Source of the DNA: Lentisphaerae bacterium RIFOXYA12_FULL_48_11
GTDB taxonomy: Bacteria; Verrucomicrobiota; Kiritimatiellia; UBA8416; YA12-FULL-48-11
Assembly: GCA_001804885.1 (NCBI GenBank)
Contig: MHBM01000157.1
Span: forward strand, 16,629 to 80,628
Length of the DNA stretch: 64,000 nt
Direction: 5' to 3'
Shown here: positions 10,049-18,351 of the stretch, piece after piece
How positions within the stretch are numbered: the stretch's first letter is position 1
Layout of the letters: every line of letters starts with the position of its first letter
Notes under the pieces: model-generated
Database searches by the model: none
What the model was told of the DNA's origin: nothing
What the model saw: only the letters and a program-made list of their open reading frames with translations
Position numbers and translations under genes: made by a program

Positions 10049-10609
10049 TCAGCCATTCTTGATCCTGACACTACCCATCGTGTGACCCGGTCCAACTGTA
10101 TAAAGCCTCTTCACTGCAGGGCTTCTATTCTCGTGAACAGCAACAACCTTCCCGACCACCAGGGGACAGTCTCCAGGTTGAAAAACATCAACCAGTTTGC
10201 ATTCAAAATTTGCAACAGCATCAGCGACCAGCGGAGCACGAATCTTTGCCGCTTTCTGGATCTTCATGCCGCACTCCTTGATCTTATCCCGCGCATGTCC
10301 ATGGTTTTTACCGACATAAAGCACCTGTGCCGCCATCTTCTCGCCCGGGTATGCAACGACAAATTCCTTCGTTTGACGGATCAACTCATGCGTGTATGCT
10401 CCATCGTCTATACCAAGCACAAACATCATCGGATCGCCGGACGCGATTGCCACCCACCCGACAGCCATCGCATTCATCTTCCCTTTACGGCTTTTTGTCG
10501 TAACAAGGACCACCTGCTCCGGATATTTTCGTGTCGCTACTTTCTTCAGCATTGTCATTTTCTGCATAAATTCCTCCAATTCTTTCTCATCACAGTACCA
10601 GAATTGCAT
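10049..10609 (-). CDS. flavin reductase-like FMN-binding split-barrel protein
   Basis: Translation ...MNAMAVGWVAIASGDPMMFVLGIDDGAYTHELIRQTKEFVVAYPGE fits the flavin_reduct fold. It is convergent with the receiver gene, with only a 2-bp gap. Confidence 0.6.
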   Translation of the reverse strand: MQFWYCDEKELEEFMQKMTMLKKVATRKYPEQVVLVTTKSRKGKMNAMAVGWVAIASGDPMMFVLGIDDGAYTHELIRQTKEFVVAYPGEKMAAQVLYVGKNHGHARDKIKECGMKIQKAAKIRAPLVADAVANFECKLVDVFQPGDCPLVVGKVVAVHENRSPAVKRLYTVGPGHTMGSVRIKNG

Positions 10610-10824
10610 CTAGTGGAGCCAGCCTGGATTCTTATTTACACGACCGATGAGGAATCGCTGTGTCTGGAACTCATTCCAACCTCTTCAAGAAATAGAGGTG
10701 GCAAGTTCAAACGCATCAAGCATACTCGGCAAACCAGCGGCTGATTCACCTCGATGCTCATGCTGGTCGTGCTTGTATTCACTATCAATGAATGTTAATC
10801 GTTCTGCCTTTTAAAGGAAATATC

Positions 10825-11619
10825 ATGGATAATTTCTCCATATCGGCAATGATCTGGACCGCCGTTTCAGTCTTTCTGATCGGTGTCAGCAAGGGTGGCA
10901 TTCCCGTCGGCCCCATTGCCCTGCCTCTGCTCATACTTGCCTGGCCGGGGAAAACCGAGCCGGCAAAAACCGCGGTGGCCTTTATGTTGCCCCTACTCTG
11001 CATAATGGATATTTTTGCCGTGGCGTTTTTCCGAAACAATATAGACTGGAAAAGATTGAAGCCGCTTATACCCGGTTCTATTGCCGGAATCCTGGTTGGA
11101 AGCATACTGTTCGTCTCGCGTGACGCAGCCAGGCTTTCCATCCCGGACACCGGAATCAAGTTTTGCATCGGGCTCGTCGGATTAGGCTTCGTTTTCTATC
11201 AGGCAGCGAACAAGTGGATTCTGAAAAAAGTAATGATAAATACTGCTGTGCCCGGAATCGCAAAAGGATCAGCCTATGGCTTCAGCGGAGGGATGGTATC
11301 GACTCTTGCACACGCTTCCGGCCCGATAATGCAAATGTACCTGCTGCCCCAGGGACTTGATAAAATGGTATTTGCAGGAACGACTGCCGTATACTTCTTT
11401 ATCTTGAATCTGCTCAAGATGATCCCGTTCCTCTATCTCGGAAGAATAGAAACAGCCAATCTCGTGCTTGGAGCATACATGTTACCATTGATACCGGCGG
11501 GCGTCGCACTCGGGTATTTTCTTGTCAAGGTGATGAAGGACACCCATTACACCGGTTTGATCTACGGAGTGCTTCTCTTTACCTCAGTCACACTGATCAT
11601 AAAATCCATCCTTGGCTGA
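10825..11619 (+). CDS. TauE/SafE-family (DUF81) anion exporter membrane protein
   Basis: A ribosome-binding site AAAGGAAA precedes ATG 10825. The protein is polytopic and Gly-rich in its helices (GGIPVGPIALPLLILAWPG), with two internal repeats typical of DUF81. Confidence 0.55.
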   Translation: MDNFSISAMIWTAVSVFLIGVSKGGIPVGPIALPLLILAWPGKTEPAKTAVAFMLPLLCIMDIFAVAFFRNNIDWKRLKPLIPGSIAGILVGSILFVSRDAARLSIPDTGIKFCIGLVGLGFVFYQAANKWILKKVMINTAVPGIAKGSAYGFSGGMVSTLAHASGPIMQMYLLPQGLDKMVFAGTTAVYFFILNLLKMIPFLYLGRIETANLVLGAYMLPLIPAGVALGYFLVKVMKDTHYTGLIYGVLLFTSVTLIIKSILG

Positions 11620-11640
11620 ACCATCTGATGGAAGCAAACC

Positions 11641-12534
11641 CTATTTAGAGCCTTCCATGAGAAGACTTTTAGCCTTTGGCAGAAAACCGAGCGATATAAG
11701 AAACGCGTCTGTTTTCAAAAGAGTTTCGTTGATAAGCTCATGCTTACGCATGAGATACCCATGAACAGCCCCTTCGGCAATATCCAGTTCGCAGCGGTTA
11801 CCAGATTTAAGCATGGCCTCTTGAAATGCCTTGGCACCCTTGAAGGGCGTAGTAACATCCCCAGTCCCGTGGAAGATGATTGTCGGCGGCACTACCTTGG
11901 TCAAACGGTGCAAAGGGGAGATTTCCTTCCAGCGTTCTCCTATTTTGGAGTTACCATAGCCGTCCACGGAAGTGTCAATAACCGGAAAATACAAAACCAT
12001 GGCATTTGGCACGCTCGACACGGACACGTCCTCACCTGCCTCGTCAATACCTTCAAATAATGCAGTGCCGGCAGCAACGTGTCCGCCTGCCGATCCTCCG
12101 TTTACAACGATCTTCTGCGGATCTAACCCGAACTCCGATGCGTGAGCCCTAATATAACGTACAGCAGATCTGCCATCTTTGACGCAATCGAATACCGTGG
12201 AACCAGCCTTAACAAGCCTGTATTCAATACTGATGCTTACCAGTCCAAGTTCCGCATAATGTTTGGCAAACGGATACTGGCGACGCGGCGTACCGCCGGT
12301 CCAGCCGCCACCGTGAATTGTAATGAAACAGGGACGACGATCGGTCGGTTTCAGGTTGTCAGGCTCAAAAACATGAAGCTGCAACTCCCTGTCTCCGACT
12401 GTTTTGTAAGTCACCTTTCGATTCGGCTCTATCTTGGCAGAAATCTCATCAATTGCATCCGCCGTGGCGCCCTTCACGCCCGAGACCAGCAAAATAATTA
12501 CAACGCACAGTCTGAAGAATAATATTTTGTTCAT
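11641..12534 (-). CDS. secreted alpha/beta-hydrolase fold esterase (HGGGW oxyanion hole, GGSAGG nucleophile elbow)
   Basis: ATG at 12534 gives MNKILFFRLCVVIILLVSG, a signal peptide. Motifs ITIHGGGWTGG and VNGGSAGGH plus His/Asp near the C-terminus match a fold-3 carbohydrate esterase/lipase. Confidence 0.65.
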   Translation of the reverse strand: MNKILFFRLCVVIILLVSGVKGATADAIDEISAKIEPNRKVTYKTVGDRELQLHVFEPDNLKPTDRRPCFITIHGGGWTGGTPRRQYPFAKHYAELGLVSISIEYRLVKAGSTVFDCVKDGRSAVRYIRAHASEFGLDPQKIVVNGGSAGGHVAAGTALFEGIDEAGEDVSVSSVPNAMVLYFPVIDTSVDGYGNSKIGERWKEISPLHRLTKVVPPTIIFHGTGDVTTPFKGAKAFQEAMLKSGNRCELDIAEGAVHGYLMRKHELINETLLKTDAFLISLGFLPKAKSLLMEGSK

Positions 12535-12856
12535 GATATTCCATTCACCTTTCATTTCTGATCCGGTAAATCGTAATACCACGTTGATTCTCCTGCAATA
12601 AGGAATGTTTTACTGCATGCAGCTGGGGGCGCATCTGCGATTTGGTGCATTTGTTTAGCGCCTGCCACCAACCACGAATATTAACGGAGGACGGGCAGGG
12701 GTCGCGCCCTACCTGTTCGGAACTCGTTTAGGGCACCTAATCTTAGATGCACCCATGCAGCTGTTCCGGGATTGAGAAAAAATACTTCCGCGAGAGGACA
12801 CTTAACACAAATTTTAATCCCCCGATTCCCCGCTCACCTTCGCGCCACGCACACCA

Positions 12857-13948
12857 TTACCCCGCCGCCTGCGAGAGGAACTGGCCGGATTCCATTGCGC
12901 GGAGAATTTCCTCCCTTGTTTTGGACCAAGCCTCAAACGGATCAAACACCTTGGACTGATGTACTAATCGCTCGGTTGCGAGCTGGCTCGCAAGCCTCTC
13001 GCGCTCATCCCGGCTCAATATTTTGAGCTGTGGTCTGGGATGCGCAGCCGGTTTCGCGATTACCACCGTTTCACTGCTTGTCTCAACCGGCATCCCGGCT
13101 TTGCGAGCCGCCCGCATCCGAACATAACTTCGCATAAACCGCGCACCCACCGCTTTCACTATGTCTGCATTAACATGCAACTGATTATTTGTTTCCGCCG
13201 CCTTGAGCGACAACTTCGCCATCTTGTTGATCAGGCGCGGCATGCCAGATTCCGAGAGTTTCCATATCTCGTCATAGGCCGCCTCCGTGAACATTGAATC
13301 GCCGGACAGACCGGCTCGCTCCAGGCGATGCTCGATATAGTCCTTCATTGTTTCACGTGAGTCGATACCCTCTATCCTGCAATAGACCCCGATTCTCTGG
13401 AAAAGGTTTTCCCTTCTCGGATCCTCTAACCTTTTCCCGAGTTCCGGTTGTCCGGCGAGAATTATCGTAAGCAGGTTCTGATGATCATCCTGCATATTTG
13501 TCAGTAGACGCAGGCTGTCGAGGTTATGTGGTCTTATGGCATTTCCCTCGTCAATAAATACAACTACTCTTTTCCCTGCGTCACTTGTTTCAAAAAGAAT
13601 TCTGTTGAATTCTTCAAACAATCTGTCTTTTCGCCTCTCCAGACACTCCTTTCCCTCCAGTTGTCCCACAACTTCCCTCAACAGTTGGGGGAAAGTCATG
13701 TCCGGATTGGTTACGAAGGCAATCCTGTACTTGTTTTTATTCAGGGCATTGAGAACTATACGCAGGCACATGGTTTTGCCGACCCCAACGGGACCGACCA
13801 CCACGGCCAGACATTCATTCCCTTCTTCGACTGCAAACAGCAGCTCAGAAACTGAACTGTCCACACTCTGGTGCATATCGAAATACATTTCAGGATCAGG
13901 CACACTGTTGAACGGTTGCTTTTTTAGCTTCCAATATTCCAAGTACAT
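12857..13948 (-). CDS. ExeA/GspA-like AAA ATPase (secretion/PEP-CTERM-type ATPase family)
   Basis: N-terminus MYLEYWKLKKQPFNSVPDPEMYF...GPVGVGKT (Walker A) and VVFIDEGN (Walker B) match the ExeA/MshM N-terminal ATPase. It has no peptidoglycan-binding domain and no secretion-system partners nearby. Confidence 0.6.
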   Translation of the reverse strand: MYLEYWKLKKQPFNSVPDPEMYFDMHQSVDSSVSELLFAVEEGNECLAVVVGPVGVGKTMCLRIVLNALNKNKYRIAFVTNPDMTFPQLLREVVGQLEGKECLERRKDRLFEEFNRILFETSDAGKRVVVFIDEGNAIRPHNLDSLRLLTNMQDDHQNLLTIILAGQPELGKRLEDPRRENLFQRIGVYCRIEGIDSRETMKDYIEHRLERAGLSGDSMFTEAAYDEIWKLSESGMPRLINKMAKLSLKAAETNNQLHVNADIVKAVGARFMRSYVRMRAARKAGMPVETSSETVVIAKPAAHPRPQLKILSRDERERLASQLATERLVHQSKVFDPFEAWSKTREEILRAMESGQFLSQAAG

Positions 13949-14187
13949 ATAATCACCCCGATTTGTTATTAAGCATAAACCGCGCCGAGGCTTGCCAACT
14001 CAATCATTTCCTGGGAAGTCTATGTTGTGAATATTAAGCATATTTCCTCGCAAATACCCTGAATTCTATTGTTAATAACTTTTTGTTTCAGCATACCCCG
14101 ATTATCACGGTTGCGAAACTTACCTTGGTCTAACCTCTGTCTGGACACAGTCATCATCTGGTGCTATATGTTCGTTGAGAAAGCAAG

Positions 14188-14634
14188 ATGAGCAAACATG
14201 GTCTAAACTGGTGGCACGGAATCATATTAATCAGCCTCATTGTCATTTTCCCAATGATCGGCACCTACTGGTACTCACTTCTTAACCCGGCAAGAGCTTA
14301 CACCGTCCAAAAACATGCCTTTAAGTCTAATCACGACGCACTGCTTACAGCATGCCGCGATATGTTAATCAACAGGGATAAATTCAGGAATGACTGGCAA
14401 GGCAATCCAAATCTGGCCGAAGGGGATAAAGTTCTTGATGCCATAAAAGGCATCACTCCCGATGTACCTAAGCCCATACGCGAATTGAAACCCAAGTATA
14501 TAATCCTGCGAGAAAACAAGGTGGAAATCCATCTGTCCGGTCCATATACTCAATACATACAGGGTTTCAAGGAAGGCATTCCCGGAGACGGAAGCAAAAT
14601 GCTTACAAACGGTCTCTGGTACGTGCGCAACTGA
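14188..14634 (+). CDS. hypothetical membrane-anchored protein
   Basis: A single N-terminal transmembrane helix (WWHGIILISLIVIFPMIGTYWY) is followed by a soluble domain with no recognisable motifs. The gene is divergent from the ExeA-like gene. Confidence 0.4.
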   Translation: MSKHGLNWWHGIILISLIVIFPMIGTYWYSLLNPARAYTVQKHAFKSNHDALLTACRDMLINRDKFRNDWQGNPNLAEGDKVLDAIKGITPDVPKPIRELKPKYIILRENKVEIHLSGPYTQYIQGFKEGIPGDGSKMLTNGLWYVRN

Positions 14635-14996
14635 GAAGTCTTAACACAGGTCAGCTCTTCATGAATCCAGAATCTGAAATCAAGGAATAGAGGCGGCACT
14701 TTTCCCTTTTCAATCACAGCAACAATGTCTTCGAATTCCTTGGTTGCCTGTTCGGTCAGCTTGTTTTCCGTTCCAAATTCACCCCTATCCCGCGATAAGG
14801 TTTACCATCCCTAACAAGTACACCATTCCTGACCGACAGACCGTACTGCCCCTCCTCAGCCCCATCTGAACAGAAGCAGCCAAACACAAGCCACGTTATA
14901 ATGATCCATAACATACGACACCTGTCCTATCCGTATACGGAATTAAACAACTGAAAGCTCTGGACATAAAGTTTTTTATCATGGAAATTATCTGAC

Positions 14997-16370
14997 ATGA
15001 ACACACAACAAATCAGTCGCAGGAATTTCATCCTCGCAGCAACAGCCGCAGCTGCTCACGGCTGTCTTTCCCCTTCCCGCGAATTAAGTTCTGACAGTAA
15101 CTCCCCGCAGAAGCCCAACATACTCATGATCATGGTTGATGACCTGGGATACGGAGACCTTGCCTGTTTTGGCGCAAAAGACATGCGCACACCCAATCTT
15201 GACAAATTGATGTCCGCGGGAATGCGATTCAACGAGTTTTACTCGAACTGCTGTGTATGCGCTCCCACACGCGCAGCTCTTCTGACCGGACGTTATCCGG
15301 AATTCGTCGGCGTCCCCGGCGTTGTAAGAACACGTGACAACCAGAACTGGGGCCATTTGACGCCAGACAGCATTTTTATTCCGGAGCTTTTCCGCAAGGC
15401 TGGCTATCACACTACCATCATCGGCAAATGGCACTTGGGACTTGATAAACCCAATTGTCCTAACCAACGGGGATTTGATGAATTCCGGGGATTTCTCGGA
15501 GATATGATGGACGACTATTGGACTCACCGGCGACACGACATCAACTACATGCGGATAAACGAAGATGAGATTAACCCCAAGGGCCACGCCACAGATATAT
15601 TTACACAGTGGTCGACTGAATCCATAAGAAAACAGGCTGCTTCGGAAAAACCATTCTTCCAATACCTTGCCTACAATGCGCCGCACACACCAATCCAGCC
15701 GCCACCTGAGTGGCTTGAGAAAGTCCGAAAACGTGAGCCAGGCATCAGCGAGAAACGCGCAAACCTTGTTGCACTTATCGAACACCTGGATGATGGCATC
15801 GGAAAAGTCCTTAAGACTCTTGATGAGTGTAGGCTCGCGGACAAAACCATCGTCGCATTCACTTCCGATAACGGTGGCTGGCTGGAATCAGGTTCCAGCA
15901 ACGGCCCATTACGTTCAGGGAAATGCCATGTCTACGAAGGTGGCATAAAGGTGACAACTTGTGTTCGATGGCCCGGACATATCAAGACAGGGCAGCAGAC
16001 TGATTTCAGGGCTCTTACAATGGACATTCTTCCAACCCTGGCAGAAATCTGCGGCATACCAATCACACATAAAATCGATGGACGTTCATTCAGGAAACTT
16101 CTCCTGGAAGGAAAACAGGAGCAGTACGAGCATCCAGTCTTCCATATGTGGCTGGAGAAAACGACAAAGGAAACCCTGCGTCATGGCGACTGGAAACTTG
16201 TCCGCGACAAGGCAGGCACCCCCTTTGAACTGTACAACATCAAAGCCGATCCTTACGAAACAACAAACCTTGCAGACAAAGAGCCGGGAATACTGCGCAA
16301 AATGGTCAAGGTCCTTGAAGCCCACATGAAAGCAACCAGCCTTGTCCCCTGGAAACGAACGGGGCAGTGA
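14997..16370 (+). CDS. arylsulfatase-family sulfatase, Tat-exported
   Basis: Twin-arginine signal SRRNFILAATAAAAHG. The formylglycine signature CVCAPTRAALLTGR (C-x-P-x-R) is present, with metal ligands MVDDLGYGD earlier in the sequence. Confidence 0.85.
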   Translation: MNTQQISRRNFILAATAAAAHGCLSPSRELSSDSNSPQKPNILMIMVDDLGYGDLACFGAKDMRTPNLDKLMSAGMRFNEFYSNCCVCAPTRAALLTGRYPEFVGVPGVVRTRDNQNWGHLTPDSIFIPELFRKAGYHTTIIGKWHLGLDKPNCPNQRGFDEFRGFLGDMMDDYWTHRRHDINYMRINEDEINPKGHATDIFTQWSTESIRKQAASEKPFFQYLAYNAPHTPIQPPPEWLEKVRKREPGISEKRANLVALIEHLDDGIGKVLKTLDECRLADKTIVAFTSDNGGWLESGSSNGPLRSGKCHVYEGGIKVTTCVRWPGHIKTGQQTDFRALTMDILPTLAEICGIPITHKIDGRSFRKLLLEGKQEQYEHPVFHMWLEKTTKETLRHGDWKLVRDKAGTPFELYNIKADPYETTNLADKEPGILRKMVKVLEAHMKATSLVPWKRTGQ

Positions 16371-16371
16371 A

Positions 16372-17556
16372 TTATTTCACGCCTGCAGCGGCGAGGCAGA
16401 GAATGCGGAATTCATTACCCGTACTCCCCGGGTTCTTTTCCGCAAGTAATTCCACCCGCACGCGGTGTTTTCCAGGTTTACCCGCGGCAATCATCTCCGT
16501 GCAGCGATATCCGCCCCAGGTCTGATCAAACCACGCGTCGTACACTGCAGGCTCACCACCATCAACAGAAACTTTTGCCTTTCCCATTCCACCTCGAATC
16601 TTCCAAAAAGTAAGGAATATTTTCTCACCTACAACATCAAACTCTATAACACTTCCGGGTTTCGTACTTTTGAAACATTTGTTCCTGGCCTGAGATGAAT
16701 CGAAATCCCATCCTTGCTTTGTCACCGGCTTGAGAGCATCCGCCTCGAACAGCGACGTGTATTGAAATGCATCGGTGAAAAGTGGTTCCGGAAGAGTTGA
16801 TGCTGGTGATTTAACCGATGATGCACGAGCACGGTCAAGAATTGTACAGAGAAGTTTGCCGGCATATGCGTGACCGATGTCATTTGGATGAACAGTATCA
16901 GGGCTGATGTCCTTCCATTCCATCCGTTTCGATTCAATTTCAGGCCAGAGGAGGTCACGATAGCTGACCATCGGCAGATCATAATGTTTACCCACTTTTG
17001 CCTGCCATTCCTGTGCATTACCACCGGCTGAGTTCATCATAAAAATGAGTATCACGCCCGGCTTTTTCGGATGTGAAAGTATCTGCCTGATCACACCCTC
17101 ATAAGATTCCGCTTTGTCCTGAGTGTTGCGATCATTCACCGCATATTCGACAACAATGAAATCCGGATTCTTTGACAGAAGATCACGCTGCAGGCGCATT
17201 GCTCCGTAATCTGAACCCGTAGCGCCAATGCCGGCATTGACAAAATTAACCTGCGCTTTCGGGAAGTTTTTCTTCCACCAGTTCAATACGTACGCCGAGT
17301 AGTGCCTGTCCTTGCTGCTCGCACTTGCACCGGCGGTTATTGACCCACCCAGTATGCCCACGGTAAACATGCCGCCGTGTGATGCTTTTTCAAACGATTT
17401 TTTCAAAAGCTCCTGGTTGCCATCACTGACAATGGCACGCGCAAGCCAATCGGCAGGAACCGGTTTCGCAAGATCACGGGGGGCTGCACTGTCCGCCGCA
17501 CTGCCTGCAGTAACTACCCAGATAAACACCACCATAGATGTAATAACTGATCTCAT
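16372..17556 (-). CDS. secreted SGNH/GDSL-family hydrolase with extra C-terminal domain
   Basis: Signal peptide present. Block I is FTVGILGGSITAG (GDS-type serine). The catalytic D-x-x-H fits PDTVHPNDIGH. It is convergent with the sulfatase gene across a 1-bp gap. Confidence 0.55.
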   Translation of the reverse strand: MRSVITSMVVFIWVVTAGSAADSAAPRDLAKPVPADWLARAIVSDGNQELLKKSFEKASHGGMFTVGILGGSITAGASASSKDRHYSAYVLNWWKKNFPKAQVNFVNAGIGATGSDYGAMRLQRDLLSKNPDFIVVEYAVNDRNTQDKAESYEGVIRQILSHPKKPGVILIFMMNSAGGNAQEWQAKVGKHYDLPMVSYRDLLWPEIESKRMEWKDISPDTVHPNDIGHAYAGKLLCTILDRARASSVKSPASTLPEPLFTDAFQYTSLFEADALKPVTKQGWDFDSSQARNKCFKSTKPGSVIEFDVVGEKIFLTFWKIRGGMGKAKVSVDGGEPAVYDAWFDQTWGGYRCTEMIAAGKPGKHRVRVELLAEKNPGSTGNEFRILCLAAAGVK

Positions 17557-17568
17557 GATTTCCTTTTT

Positions 17569-18351
17569 TTATTCTTTTACCCTGTCTACTTTTAACAGTT
17601 GATCATCCGGATTCATTTTCCACACCTTGAAACAGAAGTCCATCATCAGGTTCGTCGGCGACTTTCCACCTGGCAGCCTTGTAAAACCGTTCTTCTGGCT
17701 GCCCCACAGCTGACACTCAACATTCTTCTCATCGCATGCTTCTTTCAGCATCGAGGCGTATTTGGAATTATGGAGAAGATCTTCCGTTCCCGACGACTGG
17801 AAGATATAGACAGGCGGACAACCTGGTTTTAGATATGGCAGCACAAGCTCTGCCGTCCCCATCGGCTGCTGGTAGGCACCCACAGCGCTGACATAGGTAG
17901 TATTGCAGCCCAGCCATTCGGCAATCAATGCCCCGGCAGATGAACCATAAACTGCGATTCGCGTCTTATCAATGTTCCATTTCTTAGCATTGGCCACAAT
18001 GAAGTCCATCGCTTTCCTGCAGTGCTTCATTATCTCCAGGTAGTCGTTGTTCGTGTGCTGGAGAAAAGGATAATTCACAGAAGCAAACGAAACTCCTTTT
18101 GGCAGATAGCCATCCAGAAATTTCCATCCAGAGATAATGCTTTTATCCCCCTTACTGAAACCGCCGCCATGAAAAATGACAACCAGTGGTGCAGGCTTGC
18201 TGGATTCTGCCTTCCAGAAATCAAGCTTGTTCCTCTCGTGCTCACCATAGGCCACATCCGAAAAAGTCGGCTTGACCTGCCCTGCTCCAGCAAATGGCAG
18301 CCATGAAATAAAGGCAGTTATAACAGTCAGCAGACAAATCCCACAATTCAT
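17569..18351 (-). CDS. secreted alpha/beta-hydrolase esterase
   Basis: Signal peptide present. Motifs VVIFHGGGFSKG and YGSSAGA (G-x-S-x-G) match the fold. Confidence 0.6.
   Translation of the reverse strand: MNCGICLLTVITAFISWLPFAGAGQVKPTFSDVAYGEHERNKLDFWKAESSKPAPLVVIFHGGGFSKGDKSIISGWKFLDGYLPKGVSFASVNYPFLQHTNNDYLEIMKHCRKAMDFIVANAKKWNIDKTRIAVYGSSAGALIAEWLGCNTTYVSAVGAYQQPMGTAELVLPYLKPGCPPVYIFQSSGTEDLLHNSKYASMLKEACDEKNVECQLWGSQKNGFTRLPGGKSPTNLMMDFCFKVWKMNPDDQLLKVDRVKE

Noticed and set aside
10082-10744. A 220-aa plus-strand ORF
   Set aside because: It is antisense to the flavin-reductase gene and has no recognisable domain. The flavin-reductase reading has clear family motifs.
14640-14800. A protein-like minus-strand frame (..TEQATKEFEDIVAVIEKGKVPPLFLDFRFWIHEELT..) in the spacer before the sulfatase
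   Set aside because: It has no start codon and no recognisable family. It runs into the antisense of the 14188-14634 gene. It may be a decayed fragment, but evidence is too thin to call.
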